From contig JBFMGU010000146.1 in NCBI GenBank assembly GCA_040752415.1, forward strand, positions 1-27,029: a stretch of DNA of 27,029 bases. Reading direction: 5' to 3'. Shown here one piece after another: positions 9,400-16,811 of the stretch (positions are counted from its first letter, which is position 1; the number at the start of each line of letters is the position of its first letter). Both the position numbers and the translations under genes were made by a program. Source of the stretch: Myxococcota bacterium (lineage in GTDB: Bacteria > Myxococcota > JACRCW01). The notes under the pieces were generated by a model. That model was not told the origin of the DNA. It saw only the letters and a list, made by a program, of their open reading frames with translations, and did not search any database.

Positions 9400-12249
9400 A
9401 TGAAGACATCCTTCTTGGGGAAACTGGTTTTCCCGGCCCTGGCGGTCTGCCTGATGACCACCACCGCCGCGGCGCAGTCCGCACCGGCGGCGCCCTCCGA
9501 CCTGAACGTGGTGGTGGTCAACGCCGGTCAGGCCAACCTGAGCTGGACGGACAACTCCGCGGATGAGACCGAGTTCCGCATCCAGCGCGCGGATGACGAG
9601 GAGTTCGAGGATGAGCTGGTGGAGATCGTCGTGGGCGCGGATGTCACCGCCTACACCGACTTCACCCTCGTGGGCCTGCACACCTACTTCTATCGGGTGT
9701 TCGCCGTGAACAACAACGGCGCCTCGCCACCGTCGGAGGAGGCGCGGATCTTCACTCCGGCGTCGTCGCCCACCATTGCGGTGGTGGAGCCGCCCGGCGC
9801 GCCCGCGGTGTTCCAGAGCGGCGTCATCAATGAGATCGAGGCCACCGCCACCGGGGTGGGCGCGGACATCGCCACGGCGGAGTTCCAGCTGCTCCTGGAC
9901 GACGCGCCCGGGACGTTCATCGCCCAGGACATCGAGGCGGAGCCGGACCAGGATCCGTTCGTCATCCCCGCGCCCATCTTTGGCAGTCCCATCTCGGATA
10001 CCACCCCCGTCCCGTCGCTCCCGCCCGGGGCCATCCTCGAGCTGCAGCTCTTCGGGCGCGTGTTCCAGGCGGGTGACCTCGGCAATGGCTTCGAGTGGCG
10101 CGTTGGCGACCCCACCGGTGTCAACTTCATCGTCTACGAGAGTGTCGACACGGTGCACCCGCGCCCGCGTCGTCCGGCGGTGGATGACACGGTGTGGATC
10201 GTGGCGCACCGCAGCCAGGCTCCGGGCCCGCTGGTGGCTGAGCGGATCGTCTTCCGCACGCCCGCTCCCACCCCGGCGCCTTCCCCGGCCCCGCCGGCCT
10301 ACAAGCTGGCGGCGTTGTACAAGGGCGTGGTCGAGTCCTTTGAGACGGCCTTTGCCGCGCCCGGCGTCAGCTACGGCGGCGCCACCGTCACGCTCTTCAA
10401 CGCCTCGGACAACCTCAGCGTGCCCTTCCGCGTGGATGCCCACACCCACCCGGCGTTCCCGGCTTTTGTCGACGAGGGATTGATCCCGGGCAACGCCGTG
10501 GAGGTGCGGTTCTGGGTTGCCTCGCCGGTGACCGCGCTGCCCATTGCGCGCCAGATCTTTCCCCAGAGCCAGCTCCCCGACACGCCGCCCATCAACCCCG
10601 ATCTCTCGTTCATCAACGACGACCCGGTGCCGTTCGGACTGCCGCCGGGCACCCAGCTGCAGTTCATGATCGTGGGCATCATCACGGGCATCGACTTCGA
10701 CCTCAAGACCTGGCAGCTCGGCGACCCGGAAGACCCCATCGTGGTCTATGGCCACGCGCTGACCATCCCGGTGACCGACGCGTTCCGGGTGGTGCCCGAC
10801 GTGGGGGATGAGGTCATTGTCACGGCGCGGCGCACGCTCACGCCCGGCCCGCTCATTGCCGACCAGATCCTGATCCTGGCCGACGGCCCGGCGCCGGAGT
10901 TCGAGCTGGGCGAGACGCGCACGCAGATCACCTACCGCTACAACGGCACGGTGACGGACGTGGGACCGCTCAACGGCGGCACGCGGTGGCAGGTGAGCAC
11001 GGGCGGGATTCCGCAGGAGTTCATCCTGGATGACGCCGACGAGCCCGCGGTGATCGACGTGGGGCCGCTCACCGCGCTGGGGCTGGGCTCGGCGGTCACC
11101 GTGGAGTTCCTGCCGGCCACCCAGGTGCTGCCGGAGGACAACTGGGCTGAGCTGGAGTTCAACCCCGACACCAGCCGGTGGGAGCTGGCCACGCTGCTGC
11201 CGGCGGTGGACGCCACGCAGACGGGCTACCTTTTCGTGCGGACCACCGACGTGGCCAACCAGGGCAGCACCGTGGTGATTCCCGCGGAGCTGTTGGCGGG
11301 CGTGGAGGACACCGTGCCGCCGGATGTGACGCTGCTGGTGGTGCCCAGCGATCCCACGTTCGACACGTTCCCCGACTTCGAGTTCGCCTCGACGGATCCC
11401 ACCGCCACGTTCCAGTGCTCTTTGAGCCAGGGCCCGGACGACTTCGCGCCCTGCACCTCGCCGTTCACGGCTCCGGAGCTGACCGACGGGTTCTGGCTGT
11501 TCAAGGTGCGGGCCACCGACGAGGCGGGGAACTCCAGCGACGCGGACTACCTGTTCGAGGTGGTGGTGGTGGACCTGGATCCGCCGGCGCTCACCGAGCC
11601 GGTGCCCACCTTCGTGGAGCTGGCGCCGCTGAAGACCTCGACGGTGCCGGTGCTGATCAGCTGGTCTGGCACGGATGACAGCCCGCCCATCACCTACGAG
11701 CTGCAGGAGAAGAAGAACGCCGGCTCGTTCTCCCGGGTCCGCCTGGCGGCCAGCACGGACACCGAGGTGACGCGGTACCTGAGCGCGGGCAACACCTACC
11801 AGCACCAGGTGCGCGGCACCGATGCCGAGCTCAACCAGAGCGTCTTCACCACCGGGCCGGTCTTCCAGGTGCTGACGTTCCAGGAGAACTCGGCGTCGAT
11901 CTCGTACGTGGGGGTGTGGACCACGGCGAACCTCAGTGGCTCGTTTGGCGGCAAGGTCCGCCACGCCAGCAGCGCCGGCGCCAGCGCCACGCTGAGCTTC
12001 ACGGGCAGCTCGGTGGCGTGGGTCAGCACGCTGGGCCCGGACCGCGGCCTGGCGCGGGTCTACCTGGACGGTGTGCTGGTGGGCACCGTGGACACCTACA
12101 GCCCCAGCACGCTGAAGCGGCGGATTGCGTTCACCGCCAACGTGAATCCCCTGGTGCCGCACACGTTGGAAGTGCGGGTGCTGGGGACGCGGAACGCGGC
12201 GTCCACGTCGGACCGGGTGGATCTCGACGCATTCCTGGTGTTGCAGTGA
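9400..12249 (+). CDS. Large secreted acidic beta-rich protein (Fn3, Ig-like and repeated DUF5666-like modules)
   Basis: Signal peptide ending AAA-Q; Fn3 motifs PAAPSDL..LSWTDNS..YFYRVFAVN; Ig-like FQCSL..VRATDEAGN; C-terminal beta-sandwich. Starts 34 bp after the di-heme gene. Confidence 0.85.
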   Translation: MKTSFLGKLVFPALAVCLMTTTAAAQSAPAAPSDLNVVVVNAGQANLSWTDNSADETEFRIQRADDEEFEDELVEIVVGADVTAYTDFTLVGLHTYFYRVFAVNNNGASPPSEEARIFTPASSPTIAVVEPPGAPAVFQSGVINEIEATATGVGADIATAEFQLLLDDAPGTFIAQDIEAEPDQDPFVIPAPIFGSPISDTTPVPSLPPGAILELQLFGRVFQAGDLGNGFEWRVGDPTGVNFIVYESVDTVHPRPRRPAVDDTVWIVAHRSQAPGPLVAERIVFRTPAPTPAPSPAPPAYKLAALYKGVVESFETAFAAPGVSYGGATVTLFNASDNLSVPFRVDAHTHPAFPAFVDEGLIPGNAVEVRFWVASPVTALPIARQIFPQSQLPDTPPINPDLSFINDDPVPFGLPPGTQLQFMIVGIITGIDFDLKTWQLGDPEDPIVVYGHALTIPVTDAFRVVPDVGDEVIVTARRTLTPGPLIADQILILADGPAPEFELGETRTQITYRYNGTVTDVGPLNGGTRWQVSTGGIPQEFILDDADEPAVIDVGPLTALGLGSAVTVEFLPATQVLPEDNWAELEFNPDTSRWELATLLPAVDATQTGYLFVRTTDVANQGSTVVIPAELLAGVEDTVPPDVTLLVVPSDPTFDTFPDFEFASTDPTATFQCSLSQGPDDFAPCTSPFTAPELTDGFWLFKVRATDEAGNSSDADYLFEVVVVDLDPPALTEPVPTFVELAPLKTSTVPVLISWSGTDDSPPITYELQEKKNAGSFSRVRLAASTDTEVTRYLSAGNTYQHQVRGTDAELNQSVFTTGPVFQVLTFQENSASISYVGVWTTANLSGSFGGKVRHASSAGASATLSFTGSSVAWVSTLGPDRGLARVYLDGVLVGTVDTYSPSTLKRRIAFTANVNPLVPHTLEVRVLGTRNAASTSDRVDLDAFLVLQ

Positions 12250-12356
12250 GCTGAGCCTGCCCGCGGTCTCGTCGCGCGCCCGCGCCCTGGTGGTGCGGAC
12301 GAGGCCGCCGGTGCCTCAACCCGTTGAATCCACGACATCATCGAGCCCCGGCCGCC
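12240..12356 (+). repeat. Left copy of ~117-bp direct repeat bounding the island
   Basis: Matches 19931-20048 with one substitution and one 1-nt indel; includes the stop codon of 9400..12249. Confidence 0.95.
12263..12308 (+). terminator. GC-rich stem-loop after the Fn3 gene (terminator or stability hairpin; no U-tract)
   Basis: gcggtctcgtc pairs with gacgaggccgc (one G-U), extended inward by cgcgcc/ggtgcg. Confidence 0.45.
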
Positions 12357-12455
12357 TCCACGTGATCGAGTTCGACCCTGGGTTGCCACCACAGTGAGTC
12401 CCGCGCGGTGACCCTTCCCTCGCCGGGATCTCCTGCGGTGAAGCGCGCGTTCAGA

Positions 12456-13667
12456 TTAGTCCTTCGCGCGCGACGCGGAAACCGCCTTCACGAGCCGCGC
12501 CGCCTTGGGGTCGTAGACGTAGTTGGTGATCGTCCCGTCCTTGATGCGCTCGACGGCTTCGTCCACGACGAACAAGGGAACGAGGAACCATTCCTGGGGC
12601 TGCACAGGATTGCCGAAGCGGTCTTTGATGGTGATGTCTAGTCGCGCCGACGCAAACAGCCTGTGAAACAGGTTCTCCATGCGCGTGCGGTTGATGCCTG
12701 CCAGTTTGTAGGTGGCAACCACCTCCACCTTCGCCAGAAGGTACGTGGCGTGATGCTCGGCGTCCGCGATGCGCGTCTCCACCTTGCTGCCGGTCACGCC
12801 GATCTTGTGGATCAAGTCGCGGTGCTGCTCGACATAGGGATGATCGGACAAAGAGCGCAGGACATAGATCGTGCCGCTCTCAACGTCGTCAGCTTCCAAC
12901 TCGCCGCCGAAGGACAACTGCCCGCTCTCCGGCGAGACCAGCCGCCGCGCGGTGGGATCGTTGTAGAACGCGCGCTGAAGCGAGCGCAGCAAAAGGTTGC
13001 TCTCGGTCCCGTTGGCGAAAACGGCCCGCAAACGGCGATCCACTTCGCCCGCGGGGGTCTTCCACGGCTCGCCCACCTCGGCGATGTACAAGGTGATGCC
13101 ATCGAGGACGAAGAAGTCTCCGGCCTCGATAGCGCGACGGCCGGCCTCGATCGCTTGGGCTTGGCGCATGCCAGTCTTGAGGTCGGCAGTTACGCGCTCA
13201 AACAGAGGCTTGAACTTTTCGAAATCGTCGCACCGCTTTCGGTCGGCGATTTCCTCGGCGGCGCGCTTGTCGGCGCTGGTGCGGACGTGACGCAGAACGG
13301 TGATGTCATCGACGTCGGTCGCGCTGCCGAGTTCGGCAGCCAACTCGTCCACGTTATAGTCAGCCGAGGGCTCGGCGACATACATCGAACCAGCACCAGC
13401 AAGCAGACCTTGGTGATCGAGCGGCGTCAGCAGGGTGTGGCAGTCGGGCAACGTGCGCAGGCGGTCAAGGCGCACGGCGTAGAGCCGCTCGAAGATGTCT
13501 CGGTCTTCCCCATGTTGCGGAGCCCGACCGTGCCTCTCGACAAAGCGCTGGATTTCCTCGAACCCGGCGATGATGCGCTCCTCACGCGGCGGACGTCCGC
13601 CCTTGGGTTCGGGGGCGGCGAACTCCCCAAGTTCCGCCTCCAGTTCGTCCAAGTTGGGGTCACTCAT
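12456..13667 (-). CDS. GIY-YIG / T5orf172-domain nuclease (YeeC-like)
   Basis: SGTIYVLRS...HKIGVT...RI...ENLFHRLF...EWF pattern. ATG at 13667 with AAGGAGG overlaps the helicase stop (ATGAGTGA). Confidence 0.88.
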   Translation of the reverse strand: MSDPNLDELEAELGEFAAPEPKGGRPPREERIIAGFEEIQRFVERHGRAPQHGEDRDIFERLYAVRLDRLRTLPDCHTLLTPLDHQGLLAGAGSMYVAEPSADYNVDELAAELGSATDVDDITVLRHVRTSADKRAAEEIADRKRCDDFEKFKPLFERVTADLKTGMRQAQAIEAGRRAIEAGDFFVLDGITLYIAEVGEPWKTPAGEVDRRLRAVFANGTESNLLLRSLQRAFYNDPTARRLVSPESGQLSFGGELEADDVESGTIYVLRSLSDHPYVEQHRDLIHKIGVTGSKVETRIADAEHHATYLLAKVEVVATYKLAGINRTRMENLFHRLFASARLDITIKDRFGNPVQPQEWFLVPLFVVDEAVERIKDGTITNYVYDPKAARLVKAVSASRAKD

Positions 13668-15720
13668 AGCGACCCTCCTTCTTGTAGCGCATGAACGCGG
13701 CGGCACCTTCTGCCATGCGTCGCTCCCACGCATCCTGCGAATCAAGGGCGGGCACACGCCCGCGCTCCTTCTTGAATTGGACGGCGCGGACCGCGAGCTC
13801 CTTCGCTTCGTCTGGTGTGAGATTCGCGCGTTTGGCGGAGATTGCCGCCGCTACCTGTTTCAAGCTGTCCTCGCTCATCGTCTTGGCGAGGATGGCGTAG
13901 GCTTCGCCGAAAGGGTTGATACGTTCAATCAGGTCGATATCCAGTTCGCGCACGTCCATCGCAAAGCGGCGCACGCCTTCAATCAGTGCGGTGTTGGGAG
14001 CCGCCTTGTCACTTTCACTGCCCGCTGCAAGCTGCTTTGCCTGCTGCGTCAGGTTGAGGGCGGCGATGGCGTGCTGGCGCACGGCTTCCTGATCTTCCGC
14101 GTCGAGGGCAGGGTATTTGTCCTTGATGATCTTGCCCATGCGGACCTGCGTCAGTTCCTCCGGCACCAGCTCTTCATCGAACAAGCCACGCTCGATGGCG
14201 GTCTTGTCCTGAATGAAGGTGGCGATGACCTCGTTCAGGTCCTCCTGACAGATTCGCGTGGCCTCCTTGCTCTTGGGTTCGGCGAGGCCCTTGATTTCGA
14301 TCTCCACTTGTCCGGTCTGGTGATTGATACCGACGTTGGACTTCTCGGGGTCGTAGCCGCCCGCGCCGTAGTCGAAGCCAGGCGTCGGCGCGCTGTCGGC
14401 GTTCTTGGGCTTGAACTCGAAGCGTGGGGCGAGGACCTGCTCCATGAGAAGACTCGCGGCAATGGCCTTCAAGGTATCGTTGACGGCCTCAGTGACTGCT
14501 TCCTCGGAGGCGTCCGGCTCCGCGATCAGGTTGGTGAACCTCGCGCGAGTCTTGCCGGGCGCGTCACGAGTTGCGCGACCAATGATCTGCACGATCTCGG
14601 TAAGGCTGGCGCGATAGCCGACAGTCAGGGCGTGCTCGCACCATATCCAGTCGAAACCCTCCTTCGCCATGCCCAGCGCGATGATGATGTCCACGTAGTC
14701 CCGGTTGTTCTTTTGTGCCGGGTTCTTGAGCGCGGCGGACACGCGATCGCGCTTCGCGGCGTCGTCATCGACAAGATCGGCGATGCGCAGCACCCTGCCG
14801 TCGGGCCTTTTGACAAGCTGGAAGCCGGTCGCGGCTTCGATGCCCTGCCACTCACCGAGTGCCTCGATGATGTGTTCCACTTCACGCACCTTGTCCTTCG
14901 TGCTCTCGCGTGAATTGACGTTGGGAATGTGGATGATCGTTTTCTCGGCGGGGTCGAGGACCCTGAGGATGTCATCGACGTAAGGTCCGCTGTAGAAGAA
15001 GTAGCCGATGTCGAGCTGCTTCAAATACTCGTAGCCGTTGAGCTGCTCGTAGTAGGTGTAGGTGACGGTATCGAACTTGGCCTCGTCGGACGGGACAAGC
15101 ACGGCCTCGGCGTCACCCCGAAAGTAGGAGCCGGTCATCGCAACGATGTGCGTGCGGCCGCGGGCAATGAACTGCCCAAGATGGGTACCAAGCTTGTTGT
15201 CAGGGTTGGCGGAAACGTGGTGGAACTCGTCAACCGCGATCAACCGGTCATCGAACCTCTCCACGCCGTAGGCATCCACCGCGAAGCGGAATGTCGCATG
15301 GGTGCAGACCATCACTTTGTCGTCACTCTCAAGGAACGCGCCGAGCGCCTTCACCTTGCCGCCGTTGTCGTTGCCGGGCGCGTTGCAGAGATTCCACTTC
15401 GGTTCGACATGCCAGTCAGCCCAGAAGCCGAACTTGGAAAGCGGCTCGTCGTTGAAGCTTGCCCCGATGGACTTCTCAGGCACCACGATGATCGCCTGCA
15501 TCAGGCCTTGATGCTCAAGTTTGTCGAGCGCAATGAACATGAGAGCGCGGCTCTTGCCCGACGCGGGTGGCGACTTGATCAGCAGGTACTGCTCACCGCG
15601 CTTCTCGTAGGCGCGTTCCTGCATGGGTCGCATCCCAAGGGCATTGGCCTTGGTCGACGCGCCATTGCGGGCATACGTAACGGACACGAAGGGGACGGGA
15701 AGCCGTTCAGTGCGTTTCAT
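13660..15720 (-). CDS. SF2 DExH-box helicase/ATPase (YeeB-like)
   Basis: Walker A SPPASGKS, DEFHH, MTGS, KEGFD, motif VI QIIGRATR. ATG at 15720 preferred as start. Confidence 0.92.
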   Translation of the reverse strand: MKRTERLPVPFVSVTYARNGASTKANALGMRPMQERAYEKRGEQYLLIKSPPASGKSRALMFIALDKLEHQGLMQAIIVVPEKSIGASFNDEPLSKFGFWADWHVEPKWNLCNAPGNDNGGKVKALGAFLESDDKVMVCTHATFRFAVDAYGVERFDDRLIAVDEFHHVSANPDNKLGTHLGQFIARGRTHIVAMTGSYFRGDAEAVLVPSDEAKFDTVTYTYYEQLNGYEYLKQLDIGYFFYSGPYVDDILRVLDPAEKTIIHIPNVNSRESTKDKVREVEHIIEALGEWQGIEAATGFQLVKRPDGRVLRIADLVDDDAAKRDRVSAALKNPAQKNNRDYVDIIIALGMAKEGFDWIWCEHALTVGYRASLTEIVQIIGRATRDAPGKTRARFTNLIAEPDASEEAVTEAVNDTLKAIAASLLMEQVLAPRFEFKPKNADSAPTPGFDYGAGGYDPEKSNVGINHQTGQVEIEIKGLAEPKSKEATRICQEDLNEVIATFIQDKTAIERGLFDEELVPEELTQVRMGKIIKDKYPALDAEDQEAVRQHAIAALNLTQQAKQLAAGSESDKAAPNTALIEGVRRFAMDVRELDIDLIERINPFGEAYAILAKTMSEDSLKQVAAAISAKRANLTPDEAKELAVRAVQFKKERGRVPALDSQDAWERRMAEGAAAFMRYKKEGRYE

Positions 15721-15770
15721 TGGGGTATTCCTGGCGTTGGTAGGTGATCGGTGGCTCCCCAAACTCTCCA

Positions 15771-16808
15771 TTAGATGATGTGACCATAGCGCCGGCCGCC
15801 AGCCATTACCCGCACTTCGGCCAATCGGTCTCCAAAGGCGGTTTCGAAATCGTCAGCCTCCAGCGCCCGCATGACGAAGCGACCCCCCTCGGCCCGTTGG
15901 AATACCAAGATCTTGCCGTCATAAATGTCGAACCCGTGCGTCTCCGGGATTGGCAACGAAATCTTCTCCATCATGTTGTTCCCAAGTCGAAGGTTGTTTG
16001 CCACGATCGCCCCAGTTGGAGTTTCAAAGACGACCTGTCCGATGACCGATTTGATCGGGAGGTCTGCCGGAGGGTTAAACCCGAAGTATCTAGACATTCC
16101 CCTAGGGAAGTCGATCTGGTTGCCGGGATGGTTCGGGCCCCGGTTTCTGGTTACATATCCCGCCTCGATCCAGAACGCAGGCGTCGTGCCTGGGTCAATC
16201 TCGACGTGGGGGGGATACTCAGCGCCACGCCGAAAGAATGAAGTGCTCCACCGTTCCTCGTAGACATCCAGGATATCGGCAACAGGCGTGGCCTGGTTCC
16301 ACTGCAGTTCGGCGGCGGCGAGGGTTGGGCCAAGCACCGACTCAAACTCACCCGAGCCGTGCGTGAGTATTGAGGCACCCGCCTCGATGCTTTTGCGAAG
16401 GCCGTTCGAGGAAAAGTTGCCTGAGCCCACCACCATGCCAGACAACTCGCGCCCGCGATCCAGCAGCATGGCCATCTTGGCGTGGAAATCGCGCCGGGGG
16501 ACGAATCCCCGTTGGTCCACGACGTAATCGCCGTCGTGGATCCTGACCTCTGCATTTGGTCGCGAGCGTAAGAGCCGAAGAGCCTGTGGCTGGGTTCGGC
16601 CGTAATCAATGCCGAAGAGCCAACGCGAGGAAGTAGAGGGCCAAAAACTTCCGCCTAACTCCAAGTCGAACAGGGTAGCGCCTGATGTGGTAGCATAGGC
16701 ATACAGCCCGAGAAAATCGGAGGTGGCGATCTCGTCATGAAGGCGCCGAATCTCCGACATCGTCGTCGGTGCGTGAGCGTCGTGGTGCAAGAATGGTGAC
16801 AGATACAC
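15771..16808 (-). CDS. Phospholipase D-superfamily (HKD) putative nuclease with an unknown C-terminal domain
   Basis: AYATTSG...GID..RTQPQAL...FHAK...VVGSGNFS resembles PLD-type restriction endonuclease domains (NgoFVII/BfiI class). Starts 3 nt after the methyltransferase stop. Confidence 0.8.
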   Translation of the reverse strand: MYLSPFLHHDAHAPTTMSEIRRLHDEIATSDFLGLYAYATTSGATLFDLELGGSFWPSTSSRWLFGIDYGRTQPQALRLLRSRPNAEVRIHDGDYVVDQRGFVPRRDFHAKMAMLLDRGRELSGMVVGSGNFSSNGLRKSIEAGASILTHGSGEFESVLGPTLAAAELQWNQATPVADILDVYEERWSTSFFRRGAEYPPHVEIDPGTTPAFWIEAGYVTRNRGPNHPGNQIDFPRGMSRYFGFNPPADLPIKSVIGQVVFETPTGAIVANNLRLGNNMMEKISLPIPETHGFDIYDGKILVFQRAEGGRFVMRALEADDFETAFGDRLAEVRVMAGGRRYGHII

Positions 16809-16811
16809 GAT

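Noticed and set aside
9244..12162. Very long antisense ORFs (972 aa here; also 226-1794, 1428-3239, 3103-5295, 4928-6850, 7080-9098, 21032-23314, 23463-25580)
   Set aside because: These are shadow frames of high-GC genes, rich in Arg/Gly/His with no motifs, and the opposite strand has clear domains.
12298..12303. GACGAG (the B. subtilis DnmA site) inside the direct repeat
   Set aside because: It is a common hexamer in GC-rich DNA, and the specificity of this methyltransferase cannot be inferred from the sequence.
12240..12356. tRNA/tmRNA attachment site
   Set aside because: No cloverleaf, T-loop or CCA end within the repeat; it is a protein-gene 3' end plus a hairpin.
13668..13757. Upstream extensions in the ORF track (GIY-YIG to 13757, helicase to 15771, kinase from 3184)
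   Set aside because: Downstream ATGs have better RBS-like sequences and avoid implausible overlaps or leaders.
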